DNA of 64,000 nt. It comes from a phage. Shown one piece after another: positions 19,711-28,740 of the stretch (within the stretch, counting starts at the first letter, position 1; the number at the start of each line of letters is the position of its first letter). The stretch lies in assembly GCA_010671865.1 (NCBI GenBank), contig GCA_010671865.1_4083.1. One strand, 5' to 3'. Position numbers and translations under genes: made by a program. The notes beneath the pieces were generated by a model, which saw only the letters and a program-made list of their open reading frames with translations, was not told the origin of the DNA and did no database searches.

Positions 19711-20219
19711 ATGTTCTCCTTAAAAAAATTCAAATACTCTTCATTGAAAGCATATGTATCATCTTTTTTGTTATGCACCACATAATCATAAAGAGCTATG
19801 AATGCAGGGATTATGATCTTACATGATTTATTATTGTATTTGTACTGCTCCAAATCAACGGTATTCAATTTAGCAATAAGCATAGCAACAAAGATATCTT
19901 CATGGCGGTGTACTGTACTGTACTGAAAATATTCATCCTCTCCAATATCAGGATGATATAACGGTATATCCAAATTATTACGAATTGACATTTTATATTT
20001 TTGTAATGCAGCTAAATGCATGAACCACAATCTATCTTCATTGAAATATGGAAAAATAATTTGGTCTGTGCTAACAAAAATTTCCTCATTTTTATCGTAT
20101 TCCACAAGAGGTGCATACATTTTATTTTTTGCAGATCTAATAATTAAATTAAAAATATAATGAATCTTATGAACTGCACTTGATGCATCTTCGTATGTAC
20201 TTGGGATTATGAAACTCAC
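19707..20219 (-). CDS. hypothetical protein, FQ-motif superfamily
   Basis: track ORF 19707..20381 trimmed to in-frame GTG preceded by AAAGGAGAA RBS (alternative starts possible); motif EDEYFQYSTVHR. Confidence 0.45.
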   Translation of the reverse strand: MSFIIPSTYEDASSAVHKIHYIFNLIIRSAKNKMYAPLVEYDKNEEIFVSTDQIIFPYFNEDRLWFMHLAALQKYKMSIRNNLDIPLYHPDIGEDEYFQYSTVHRHEDIFVAMLIAKLNTVDLEQYKYNNKSCKIIIPAFIALYDYVVHNKKDDTYAFNEEYLNFFKENI

Positions 20220-20301
20220 TATATGTTCTCCTTTAAAATGATTACACATGATAACAGCTTTGCACTTCTTTGTCAATACCAAAACGAAAAAAGCCCATAT
20301 C

Positions 20302-20808
20302 TTACGATACAGGCGTGCTGGGCATGTTGATTTGAATTTCATTGTACAAATCATCAATATATAGACATGAAAAAAACACACTATCTTGTACTATATTGTT
20401 GTGATAAAGCATTTTAAATACTACATAAAAAAATAAATCAATATCATCGTGGACTAAATTCTGCTGGAACCACCACTCGTCTGTTAAATCTTGTGCATTA
20501 AAATCATCAGGAACTTCAATGAACGACATATCACAATCTTCTTTGTACTCAAACCACATGTCGTCATTCGGATAACGTTCATGCTTCTCTGGGTAACAAT
20601 TGCTGGGATTAAATGTTAAAATATTAAACCCCGTAGAGCAACGTTCTTTATTTAAAAATGTATTATTCCATACCTGATATTTTTCACCAACATCAAGCTC
20701 TTCTGTTACTGATTTTATTGCACATAATGTACTGTATATTGTTTCTATCTTGTGAACATATTTAAATGCAGCATCTAAGCTGAACTCTAAATCATACATG
20801 TACTGCAT
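20302..20808 (-). CDS. hypothetical protein, FQ-motif superfamily
   Basis: 168-aa ORF; motif DEWWFQQNLVHD. Confidence 0.6.
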   Translation of the reverse strand: MQYMYDLEFSLDAAFKYVHKIETIYSTLCAIKSVTEELDVGEKYQVWNNTFLNKERCSTGFNILTFNPSNCYPEKHERYPNDDMWFEYKEDCDMSFIEVPDDFNAQDLTDEWWFQQNLVHDDIDLFFYVVFKMLYHNNIVQDSVFFSCLYIDDLYNEIQINMPSTPVS

Positions 20809-21128
20809 AAAATTACCTCAACTAAAGCAAGAACTGTATTAAATTCAACTATACTTGTAATTCCTTGAAGGTACATGTACTTTGCTACTACATATTTCTG
20901 TACTAAATTATAATTATTAAATTCCTCAAAATTGTAATTTAGAACAAAATCTGTACTCAAAAATATCTTATGCATCTCTAATGCACTTTGATAATACGCG
21001 TACAACTCACGGATATCAATACTGGTTAAATTATATTGTTCATATCTATGATACGGGATGGCTTCAATTTCAATACTATAAAACCATTCTCTTAACTTAT
21101 TAATATCAAATGTATTATTCAGCTTCAT
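20787..21128 (-). CDS. hypothetical protein
   Basis: 113-aa ORF; no clear motif. Confidence 0.5.
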   Translation of the reverse strand: MKLNNTFDINKLREWFYSIEIEAIPYHRYEQYNLTSIDIRELYAYYQSALEMHKIFLSTDFVLNYNFEEFNNYNLVQKYVVAKYMYLQGITSIVEFNTVLALVEVILCSTCMI

Positions 21129-21681
21129 AACTCAATACCTCCATTAAACACTCATACACACCATCAATCGCATAAGCACAAAAATTGAAATTAATTTTGT
21201 GATTCTTGTGTAATGGACTATTGTGTACTGTACTCATTATGACATTATAAAATAACAAACGCACTGGTACAAGCATTGAACCTTGGAAAAATTCTTCCTC
21301 TGATTTATATGTATTGTACTCTATTGTTTTGTTCGTTTCTTTATCATATGTTACCATTACTAATGGGGAATTTTTATTATACCATGCGTACTCTAAATCA
21401 TTCTTTCCAATAACAGCACCAGGTGCGAAATCCAAAAGACCAATAACACTACGGGCATTTGGTATATCTGGTGTATTGAATCGTTTATCAAAATGACTCG
21501 TGCACGCAATATATGTATTGTACTTCGATGGAATAATACCAATACATTTGTGGAAATGACGCTTGTGATATTTCTGGGCATTATATAAGGATGCAACAAT
21601 ACAAGCTAACTTTTGTCCCATAAGGATTGCATTAGCGTAGGTGTACTGAATTTCATTGCTGGTACGGTACTTCGAGGTCAT
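21115..21681 (-). CDS. hypothetical protein, FQ-motif superfamily
   Basis: 188-aa ORF; motif EEEFFQGSMLVP. Confidence 0.6.
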   Translation of the reverse strand: MTSKYRTSNEIQYTYANAILMGQKLACIVASLYNAQKYHKRHFHKCIGIIPSKYNTYIACTSHFDKRFNTPDIPNARSVIGLLDFAPGAVIGKNDLEYAWYNKNSPLVMVTYDKETNKTIEYNTYKSEEEFFQGSMLVPVRLLFYNVIMSTVHNSPLHKNHKINFNFCAYAIDGVYECLMEVLSYEAE

Positions 21682-21964
21682 AATATTTCCTTTGCCATAT
21701 CATGGGCTTAAAATCAATAACAGCTTTCTGTATCTTTTTTAATAATAAGACATCATAACCACCCGTGTCAATCACTAATTGCTGTTGGAACAATTCTTCA
21801 TCGGATAATGTATTGAAATCTACAAAATAATCTGTAACTATCGAATCATTTAAATGTGCCATGTACCAACCTGAACTTCTTGAATAAATCAAATTCCACC
21901 CATCGTCATCATCTTCTAATTCAACATAAATCATATCTGGGGTATACATCATTTTATACTTCAT
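21653..21964 (-). CDS. hypothetical protein, FQ-motif superfamily
   Basis: 103-aa ORF; motif DEELFQQQLVID. Confidence 0.6.
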   Translation of the reverse strand: MKYKMMYTPDMIYVELEDDDDGWNLIYSRSSGWYMAHLNDSIVTDYFVDFNTLSDEELFQQQLVIDTGGYDVLLLKKIQKAVIDFKPMIWQRKYYDLEVPYQQ

Positions 21965-22460
21965 AACTATATCCTTGCATCAAAATATCATAAACGTTTG
22001 AAAGGTACGGAATTTTGATATAAAATTTAAAACCCTTAATTAAAGGATTCGCGTACAATGAACTGAATAACTTTAGATAATGTATTTGACGAGGACTGTA
22101 TAATAACGATTTCTGAAATAATTCAGAACTACAATCTGAACTAATATCAATTAAATCAATTCGTGCTTCTACTTCATCATTTTGTTTCAAATCATAAAAG
22201 AAATAATCGTTTGTGTTGACCCACAAATACCCTTCACTATTTTCGTATATAACAGGAGATGCTTGTTCTGGATTGCCTTGGGCAAATGCTGCAAAACAAA
22301 CTTTTGCATTACTTTCATCTTTAAACAAAAACGATAATTTATCATATCTATCTTCTATGCGTAAATCACCTATATAAATGTACTTATGCATAGAATGATT
22401 ATTCTTGAGCATAAGCATTACTGTACTAATCTTGTGTGCTAATAATTCTATCTCATTCAT
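21954..22460 (-). CDS. hypothetical protein, FQ-motif superfamily (tandem duplicate pair, copy 1)
   Basis: 168-aa ORF; N-term MNEIELLAHKIST, C-term PLIKGFKFYI...LMQGYSYEV; motif SSELFQKSLLYS. Confidence 0.65.
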   Translation of the reverse strand: MNEIELLAHKISTVMLMLKNNHSMHKYIYIGDLRIEDRYDKLSFLFKDESNAKVCFAAFAQGNPEQASPVIYENSEGYLWVNTNDYFFYDLKQNDEVEARIDLIDISSDCSSELFQKSLLYSPRQIHYLKLFSSLYANPLIKGFKFYIKIPYLSNVYDILMQGYSYEV

Positions 22461-22497
22461 ATATTATTACCTATTGATGGATGCATCATCTTCTAAT

Positions 22498-22542
22498 TCA
22501 ACATAAATCATATCTTGGGGTATACAACATTTTATACTTCAT
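22498..22542 (-). pseudogene. frameshifted duplicate of the 5' end of gene 21653..21964
   Basis: 22463-22542 duplicates 21895-21964 with a 1-nt insertion; reads MKYKMLYTPRYDLC-stop; approximate. Confidence 0.5.
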
Positions 22543-23080
22543 AACTATATCCTTGCATTAATAAATCATAAACTACATGGACTAAATTTAATTGAATATA
22601 AAATTTTAAACCTTTAATTAATGGATTCAAATGCATTGTACTGAATAACATTAGATACATCATCTCATGCGGTTTTGTGATTAATGATTTTTGAAATACT
22701 TCAGCTTCATCATAAGGGTCTATGAACTGAAATTTGTCTTCATCATAATTTGTATTGGAATGCTGATATATAAAATAATCATCATTGGTATTGTACCACA
22801 AATATCCTTCGAATCCTGTACTAACATCTTTGGTCAATGGGGATGCTGATACTGGATTTGAACTGATTAATGCACCTACATCAACAATCCCCGTTGTATC
22901 ATATTCGATTTCAACATCAATATCAATGTATTTCCTTGCGATATCTGCGTTTATGGACAAATATAAACTACCACCTGTCCTCTGACTCAGGATTCCATCT
23001 ATATGCGATATAGGATGGTTGTTATTGAGGATAAGCATTATTGTACTTATCTTGTGTGCTAATAACTCTATCTCATTCAT
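22532..23080 (-). CDS. hypothetical protein, FQ-motif superfamily (tandem duplicate pair, copy 2)
   Basis: 182-aa ORF; N-term MNEIELLAHKIST, C-term PLIKGLKFYI...LMQGYSYEV; motif EAEVFQKSLITK. Confidence 0.65.
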   Translation of the reverse strand: MNEIELLAHKISTIMLILNNNHPISHIDGILSQRTGGSLYLSINADIARKYIDIDVEIEYDTTGIVDVGALISSNPVSASPLTKDVSTGFEGYLWYNTNDDYFIYQHSNTNYDEDKFQFIDPYDEAEVFQKSLITKPHEMMYLMLFSTMHLNPLIKGLKFYIQLNLVHVVYDLLMQGYSYEV

Positions 23081-23280
23081 AATTTACCTATCGATGGATA
23101 CCTAGGATTTGTAGGATGTAAAATCCTGTCCTGTACTGAAAGGTGCTCAAATGTAATTAAACTCAAATAATAATCGTAATTATCAATACCACCCTTCAAA
23201 TGTATATTGTAATACATCTTAATACTATCTAATAATGAATCCTGTAATGCATTTAATGTTATCGTATTAATCTTTTGCAT
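23077..23280 (-). CDS. hypothetical protein
   Basis: 67-aa ORF with 4-nt overlap. Confidence 0.5.
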   Translation of the reverse strand: MQKINTITLNALQDSLLDSIKMYYNIHLKGGIDNYDYYLSLITFEHLSVQDRILHPTNPRYPSIGKL

Positions 23281-23441
23281 TAATGTTCTTCTCTTAAAAA
23301 TCGTTTGATAGCATAATCTAAATAAAATTCATAACACATGCTATCTCTGTTCTTTATCCATATTTTGTAATCGGATTTTATATTACGCAACAAATAATTT
23401 GTATTAATTGTGTAATAATCTAATCGCCCTAATCTTTCCAT
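23280..23441 (-). CDS. hypothetical small protein (53 aa)
   Basis: hand-translated MERLGRLDYYTINTNYLL...; 1-nt stop/start overlap with 23077..23280; below track cutoff; approximate. Confidence 0.35.
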   Translation of the reverse strand: MERLGRLDYYTINTNYLLRNIKSDYKIWIKNRDSMCYEFYLDYAIKRFLREEH

Positions 23442-23821
23442 TTAATAGGATACTCCTTTCCTTGTACTATATATGACAAAATCCATCCGTAATGAATAGG
23501 ATGATTTTTGTCTGAATCAGGAATAAAATATAAAGCTGTACTTGGATTATGACTGAATAAATCTTTATTGTCAAATGTAAAATGTGATAATATAATTTTC
23601 CTTGCACTTGGACGAATAACATTCTTAACACTGAACTCTGAACCTTTGTATTTCTCCGATAATTCAAATAATGCATCTGTAATTAAATCACTGATCTCTT
23701 GGATTACAAAATTCTGATAAAATGCATTAATCTCTTTTAACTCTGTATACAATTCACTTCTGGTATTCAAAAGAAATATTACTTTTTTAAGATCCTGAAC
23801 TATTTCTGGATTCATATTCAT
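23429..23821 (-). CDS. hypothetical protein
   Basis: 130-aa ORF. Confidence 0.5.
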   Translation of the reverse strand: MNMNPEIVQDLKKVIFLLNTRSELYTELKEINAFYQNFVIQEISDLITDALFELSEKYKGSEFSVKNVIRPSARKIILSHFTFDNKDLFSHNPSTALYFIPDSDKNHPIHYGWILSYIVQGKEYPIKWKD

Positions 23822-24053
23822 TTATCTCATTCTGTAACTTAAGCATCAAAATTTGCATATTAATTTTTTGTAAAAGGTGCTTGATAAATTTCTGTGCCAT
23901 TTCTTCTTGTTCTTTTGTACCAAGATAAAATAACAGATTAAATTCTGATAATCGCAAAGAAAAATCTTCATCACCACCCTTTAAACAAAAATCCCTGTAC
24001 TTTGTAGCGTACAAATATTGGTTTACCTTTTTATAATACCCTGTGTTTTGCAT
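23787..24053 (-). CDS. hypothetical small protein, family B
   Basis: 88-aa ORF; motif LGTKEQEEM. Confidence 0.55.
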   Translation of the reverse strand: MQNTGYYKKVNQYLYATKYRDFCLKGGDEDFSLRLSEFNLLFYLGTKEQEEMAQKFIKHLLQKINMQILMLKLQNEINEYESRNSSGS

Positions 24054-24241
24054 ACTATCTCCGTTCGCAACGAATTTATATAATAATGAACAAATTGTTC
24101 TTGTGAACGTGTTCCAAGAAAAATAAACATATCAAACTCTGTTGTTTTTAAATTCAATGCATCTTTTGTAAAACTCCTGTTGAATTCCCTGTACTTTTGG
24201 GTCTTCCATTCTTGATTAATTGTCTTGTATATCGATTTCAA
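24023..24241 (-). CDS. hypothetical small protein, family B
   Basis: 72-aa ORF; motif LGTRSQEQF. Confidence 0.55.
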   Translation of the reverse strand: MKSIYKTINQEWKTQKYREFNRSFTKDALNLKTTEFDMFIFLGTRSQEQFVHYYINSLRTEIVCKTQGIIKR

Positions 24242-24542
24242 TGATTCTCCCTGATGTACCTTGTATTAGCTTATCATACATATCGAGCATCACTTTTTGA
24301 ATACTAATTAGTACTGGCATCGTGCAAATATCAATGTCGTATATTAAGCTGTACTGGAATAATTCATCTTCCTGCATTTGTACTAAATTAGGTAAAGGAT
24401 AATTGTCTGCCTCTTCATCCTGGTACTTGAAATGCATAACACCATCCTTTTTGTACAAAAGAATGTCAATATCACCTAACTCTTCTGCATAACCAAAAAT
24501 ACATATACTCGATGTTTTTGCTATATTAAATTTCATCTCCAC
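24216..24542 (-). CDS. hypothetical protein, FQ-motif superfamily
   Basis: 108-aa ORF; motif EDELFQYSLIYD. Confidence 0.6.
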   Translation of the reverse strand: MEMKFNIAKTSSICIFGYAEELGDIDILLYKKDGVMHFKYQDEEADNYPLPNLVQMQEDELFQYSLIYDIDICTMPVLISIQKVMLDMYDKLIQGTSGRIIEIDIQDN

Positions 24543-24778
24543 CTCTCTCCGTCAGCACAAGAGTACTGGTACGTTGTCGTTAGGGTAGGGACCATGTTTG
24601 TAATGGGCATGTTGTTAACAATAACCGTAACAGGCATAAGAATCGTCTCTTCTCTACTCTGTCCTGTCCTTGTGCAATTCATCTTCTGCATTTCATCTGA
24701 ATCCATGAAATACAATACAAATGGTGCAATCCCAAGAACAATACACAAAACGATAAGGAAATTTAAAAAATTTAACAT
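24533..24778 (-). CDS. hypothetical small membrane protein
   Basis: 81-aa ORF; N-terminal hydrophobic helix FLNFLIVLCIVLGIAPFVLYF. Confidence 0.45.
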   Translation of the reverse strand: MLNFLNFLIVLCIVLGIAPFVLYFMDSDEMQKMNCTRTGQSREETILMPVTVIVNNMPITNMVPTLTTTYQYSCADGERWR

Positions 24779-24837
24779 AATTTTTACCCTATGATTAACG
24801 TTAGTGTACTATATCAGTAATGAAAAGTACTGTCAAG

Positions 24838-25242
24838 CTAGTATTGCACTGTTCTAATGAAAGTACCTGAACTCATGGATTTAAGCTTATGAACCTCTTC
24901 CTGCATACCCTTGATTAACCCTAAAGGTATAGGTACATCATGTACTAAGCTGTACTGAAAGTATTCTTCTTCAGATAAAGTACTAACATCTGGAACGCCA
25001 ATTTTAGTTATATAATCTTGATGTGTTGACCAATAAATTATATCTTCAGTAGAATTGTACTCCCCATATACTGAACAATATTGATGAATATCTTTCCTGT
25101 ACCCTTGAGCAATAAAGAACTTATCTACTGCATTACCAGCATTAATAGAATTCACTTCGATTGTCACAGTACTTGAGCTTGTATAACTCTTAGTATTATC
25201 AGTACTTTTAATACTCAACTGTGTGTTCTTCATAATCACCAT
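24838..25242 (-). CDS. hypothetical protein, FQ-motif superfamily
   Basis: 134-aa ORF; motif EEEYFQYSLVHD. Confidence 0.6.
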   Translation of the reverse strand: MVIMKNTQLSIKSTDNTKSYTSSSTVTIEVNSINAGNAVDKFFIAQGYRKDIHQYCSVYGEYNSTEDIIYWSTHQDYITKIGVPDVSTLSEEEYFQYSLVHDVPIPLGLIKGMQEEVHKLKSMSSGTFIRTVQY

Positions 25243-25552
25243 TAGGCTCCTGTTTAGATTCTTTCATTAGTACTATCATCTTATGTACTAATGGCATAGG
25301 AAACTCTAAATCCCATACTAATGATTCCTGAAAGTATTCCTCTGGTGATAAAGTACTTAAATCTTTAATATCAACGTGCTTGTATATTTTATTTTCGTAA
25401 TTAACAAATGATATATATAAATCACTAACATAAGAATCATAGGTAATTGTGAATGGCTTACCCTTGTAATCCATTACATCTCTACATAGACTACTTTTGA
25501 TATATGTATGTTCAAATGATTTATATACCTTGAGTTGTATATTAGTTTTCAT
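25208..25552 (-). CDS. hypothetical protein, FQ-motif superfamily
   Basis: 114-aa ORF; motif PEEYFQESLVWD. Confidence 0.6.
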   Translation of the reverse strand: MKTNIQLKVYKSFEHTYIKSSLCRDVMDYKGKPFTITYDSYVSDLYISFVNYENKIYKHVDIKDLSTLSPEEYFQESLVWDLEFPMPLVHKMIVLMKESKQEPNGDYEEHTVEY

Positions 25553-25817
25553 ATTTCTCTTTATTAGCTTGTTTGGTTTTATAGTGAATTAAATCTATTA
25601 ATGTAATCAAGTACAACGTCAAATAGTACTCTTGTTGATCTGTACCTAATGATACAAAGAACTTGTGCTCATAGATTAAAACCTGTTTCTCTTCAAATGG
25701 ACATTTAATCCTCTGTATAGGCTTAAGTAAATGATAGTACTTATTAAATCTATGATACATTTCTAGTTCTGTCAGTACTTTCATATTAAACACATACTCC
25801 ATTAGCAGTAGCATCAC
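25542..25817 (-). CDS. hypothetical small protein, family B
   Basis: 91-aa ORF; motif LGTDQQEYY. Confidence 0.55.
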   Translation of the reverse strand: MMLLLMEYVFNMKVLTELEMYHRFNKYYHLLKPIQRIKCPFEEKQVLIYEHKFFVSLGTDQQEYYLTLYLITLIDLIHYKTKQANKEKYEN

Positions 25818-26007
25818 GTAAAGCTGTCAAATACTTCTGTACGGCTTGCTCTTGCTTATTTGTACCTAAAAGTATATACATCCATAATTCACTGTAATGT
25901 ACATCTTGTGTATAAGGGTTGTTGTAACTTTTTGATAATATAGCATCAAATTCAGATGCATGAACCCTTGTGAACTTAAGAATATCTTGTTGTGTTATGA
26001 TTCTCAT
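25786..26007 (-). CDS. hypothetical small protein, family B
   Basis: 73-aa ORF; motif LGTNKQEQA. Confidence 0.6.
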   Translation of the reverse strand: MRIITQQDILKFTRVHASEFDAILSKSYNNPYTQDVHYSELWMYILLGTNKQEQAVQKYLTALRDATANGVCV

Positions 26008-26219
26008 ATCTTTTCCTGAACTATCTGCATAAGAATCCCTATGTGTGAATTAACAGTTCTCTCTTGATGCTGTGTTCCTAAGAGTGTCAGTACTATCATC
26101 TCTGAACGCAAAAGATTTTTTTCAAGTTCACTTATATCAGTTCTTGAATCAAGTGCCATATATTTGTGATTATTCTTCCTGAATAGTGCCAAGTACTCTT
26201 GGTTTGATATTATCTTCAT
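26004..26219 (-). CDS. hypothetical small protein, family B
   Basis: 71-aa ORF; motif LGTQHQERT. Confidence 0.6.
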   Translation of the reverse strand: MKIISNQEYLALFRKNNHKYMALDSRTDISELEKNLLRSEMIVLTLLGTQHQERTVNSHIGILMQIVQEKI

Positions 26220-26431
26220 AGTTTACTTTTAATTTCCATTAAAAGTGCTCTAATATGCTCATTGACAAATCTCTCTTGGGAATCTGTGTCTAGGGTGAGA
26301 AGCATTCTTAAATCGGAACCTCTGATGGTATATTCTAAATCATTCTTTGATTCTCGCATAAGTTTCTGAAAGGATGAGAAGTGTAATCCCATGAGTTCAA
26401 TGTATTCTGCTGTTCCTAGTGGTTTTGGCAT
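26216..26431 (-). CDS. hypothetical small protein, family B
   Basis: 71-aa ORF; motif LDTDSQERF. Confidence 0.6.
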   Translation of the reverse strand: MPKPLGTAEYIELMGLHFSSFQKLMRESKNDLEYTIRGSDLRMLLTLDTDSQERFVNEHIRALLMEIKSKL

Positions 26432-26649
26432 TTTAGTTCAATAGCTCGTTTAAGTGTATTAATATAATCTTTAATGTCGTGTTCTTGATAGTTCGTTCCA
26501 AGGGTAGCTAGAACATAGACTTCATTTCTCTTAATAATTTTATCCATATCTGGTATATCTGATGTGTTAATGACGAAGAGCTTCAAAAACAGTCCATTTA
26601 TGATTGTTAGGTATTCTACATCGGTAATGATTTTCATTTGCATTTGCAT
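26416..26649 (-). CDS. hypothetical small protein, family B
   Basis: 77-aa ORF; motif LGTNYQEHD. Confidence 0.6.
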   Translation of the reverse strand: MQMQMKIITDVEYLTIINGLFLKLFVINTSDIPDMDKIIKRNEVYVLATLGTNYQEHDIKDYINTLKRAIELKCQNH

Positions 26650-26855
26650 TTTCTCAGTACTGATTCTTTAAGTTCATTGATGTAGCACTCTACATATTCT
26701 TCTTGTAGGTTTGTTCCGATATGTAACAGTACTCTTAAATCTGCTCTCAGTACTTCTTTGTCATCTTCATCTATATCAGACAGTGTTATGTTTAAGAATT
26801 TACTTGAACTCTCTATAAGTAATATTACTGAATCACCTTTGCTTAAAATTTTCAT
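26634..26855 (-). CDS. hypothetical small protein, family B
   Basis: 73-aa ORF; motif IGTNLQEEY. Confidence 0.6.
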   Translation of the reverse strand: MKILSKGDSVILLIESSSKFLNITLSDIDEDDKEVLRADLRVLLHIGTNLQEEYVECYINELKESVLRKCKCK

Positions 26856-27063
26856 AATCTCTTTTTGCTTTCCTCGCCAAAAGGTACATATACGATTCTT
26901 CGTATTGTGCTTGGTAGTTTGTGTTTAAGAGTCGAAACAACTTCTGTTCTGCTAGAACGAGTTGCTTATCTTCATAACAACGATAGCGTATCAACTTTTT
27001 GTATTCGATGTTGATTACATCCATTACTATAAGCCCATGTTCATCATCTGTCAAGTGTTTCAT
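26833..27063 (-). CDS. hypothetical small protein, family B
   Basis: 76-aa ORF; motif LNTNYQAQY. Confidence 0.6.
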   Translation of the reverse strand: MKHLTDDEHGLIVMDVINIEYKKLIRYRCYEDKQLVLAEQKLFRLLNTNYQAQYEESYMYLLARKAKRDYENFKQR

Positions 27064-27302
27064 GCATTTTTTCTTTTTCTTATATGTTTAGTTAAAAGGT
27101 ATATTAGTTTTCTGATGTATTCTTCTTGATAGTTTGTTCCTAAGAGTGCAAGAAGTTTTGCTTCAACTAAAGCTAGTTGTCGTTCTTCGAATGTGTGTTC
27201 CAGTATGTACTTGGGGTTTGATTTTTTAGCGTAAGCACTATTAGTCTTCATTACAATCTTATGATATTCATTAGCTGTTAGGATTTTTAAATACTTGATC
27301 AT
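27060..27302 (-). CDS. hypothetical small protein, family B
   Basis: 80-aa ORF; motif LGTNYQEEY. Confidence 0.6.
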   Translation of the reverse strand: MIKYLKILTANEYHKIVMKTNSAYAKKSNPKYILEHTFEERQLALVEAKLLALLGTNYQEEYIRKLIYLLTKHIRKRKNA

Positions 27303-27522
27303 GTATCTTTTCCTTTATAGAGAATTTAAGATATCGAAGCATACTTTCAATGTAATACTCTTGTCTGTCAGTGCCAAGAAAGTACATGAGTTGAATGTAT
27401 AAAACTTCTGCACTCCTTTCCGCTGGAGACTTGTTTGTGTCGTTTGGAAGTTGATTTGTATGTTTTCTTGATTTAATTAGTCGTTCTTTTAACTCATCGT
27501 CTGTTAAGTATTTCATTTTCAT
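27271..27522 (-). CDS. hypothetical small protein, family B
   Basis: 83-aa ORF; motif LGTDRQEYY; close paralog of 27494..27748. Confidence 0.6.
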   Translation of the reverse strand: MKMKYLTDDELKERLIKSRKHTNQLPNDTNKSPAERSAEVLYIQLMYFLGTDRQEYYIESMLRYLKFSIKEKIHDQVFKNPNS

Positions 27523-27748
27523 TTACTTTTTCCTTAATAGTGATTTTAAGATATCTAATCATACGTGCAACATATTCCTCTTGTCTATCAGTTCCCAGAA
27601 GATATGGTAGTGATTGGAATAATACTTCTGCACTCCTTTCTGCTGGGGTTTGGTTTAGGTCAATTGGACGTTTATTGGTATATCTCTTGGCACGAACTAA
27701 TCTCTCGACGTATTCATTATAGGTTAAGTATATCATTTCATTTTGCAT
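27494..27748 (-). CDS. hypothetical small protein, family B
   Basis: 84-aa ORF; motif LGTDRQEEY. Confidence 0.6.
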   Translation of the reverse strand: MQNEMIYLTYNEYVERLVRAKRYTNKRPIDLNQTPAERSAEVLFQSLPYLLGTDRQEEYVARMIRYLKITIKEKVNENEILNRR

Positions 27749-27968
27749 TTACTTTTTCCTTAATACTCATTATAAGATGTTCAATCATATTTTGAACCAT
27801 AAATTCTTGTTTATCAGTTCCAAGAACGTATGGTAGCTTCTGAAACAATACATTTGCAGATACTTCAGATATTGATTGATTTGGAACGAACTTAAGAGTA
27901 ATGTTTTTGGTTTTTAACATCTTCTCTTGAAATTCTTCATTCGTTAAGTATATCATTTCATTTTGCAT
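27738..27968 (-). CDS. hypothetical small protein, family B
   Basis: 76-aa ORF; motif LGTDKQEFM. Confidence 0.6.
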   Translation of the reverse strand: MQNEMIYLTNEEFQEKMLKTKNITLKFVPNQSISEVSANVLFQKLPYVLGTDKQEFMVQNMIEHLIMSIKEKVNAK

Positions 27969-28184
27969 TTACATTCTCTCATATATATTTTGGGTTAAAA
28001 GGTCAATCCAGATTTCCACATATCGTTGTTGGTGTTGCGTCCCTAACAGTACACCCAACTTAGCTTCACACTCTAATAACAATCTGGTTTTGTATGGTAG
28101 ACTTTGGAATCCTATAGTAGCATCTAATTTGGTAATTGCATAGTTGATTCGGATGAATCTTTCTTGCAATGTGATGTTGATCAT
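27969..28184 (-). CDS. hypothetical small protein, family B
   Basis: 71-aa ORF; motif LGTQHQQRY. Confidence 0.6.
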   Translation of the reverse strand: MINITLQERFIRINYAITKLDATIGFQSLPYKTRLLLECEAKLGVLLGTQHQQRYVEIWIDLLTQNIYERM

Positions 28185-28471
28185 TTCTTAGTACACCTCA
28201 GTGGTTGGGTCATTTGATGAAAGTACAGCTTACCTCTGATTTCCAGTAGTAACTCCGCGATTAAGCGATTTACTTCTGTATCTTGATAGTTTGTTCCTAA
28301 GAATACACCCATCTTTAACTCACGCATCATAATCATTTTCTTACTGTGTTGAATTTCTGGGTTGTGATAGATTGTATTACGTTTGTGCGTAATTTTTGTC
28401 ATACGCTCGGTATATTCATCTTTACTTAAATTGATCATTTGCATGTTCATCAACCTCACATTTATTTTCAA
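28181..28471 (-). CDS. hypothetical small protein, family B
   Basis: 96-aa ORF; motif LGTNYQDTE. Confidence 0.6.
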   Translation of the reverse strand: MKINVRLMNMQMINLSKDEYTERMTKITHKRNTIYHNPEIQHSKKMIMMRELKMGVFLGTNYQDTEVNRLIAELLLEIRGKLYFHQMTQPLRCTKK

Positions 28472-28473
28472 TA

Positions 28474-28740
28474 CTATTCTTTAGTTTGTAGATATAGTTT
28501 TCTTCCAATATATCTCTTAAGTGCGATTATGTATTCATCTACATAATACTCCTGATAGTTTGTTCCTATGAATGCACCCACCTTTAACTCAAGTTTCATA
28601 ATCATCTTATTTCCGTGTTTAATGACTTCTCCGTGATGGATTTCATTAAGTCCAGGTGCAATTTTTACCAGGCGTTCTTTATATTTTGCTTGAGATAATT
28701 TAATCATTTTCATGTTAATTACCCTTACATTTATTTTCAA
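28474..28740 (-). CDS. hypothetical small protein, family B
   Basis: 88-aa ORF; motif IGTNYQEYY. Confidence 0.6.
   Translation of the reverse strand: MKINVRVINMKMIKLSQAKYKERLVKIAPGLNEIHHGEVIKHGNKMIMKLELKVGAFIGTNYQEYYVDEYIIALKRYIGRKLYLQTKE

Noticed and set aside
27494-28184. A link between families A and B through FQ[SK]LPY in three family B members
   Set aside because: Only 3 of about 33 family B proteins have it and the surrounding context differs from the FQ motif; insufficient to merge the families.
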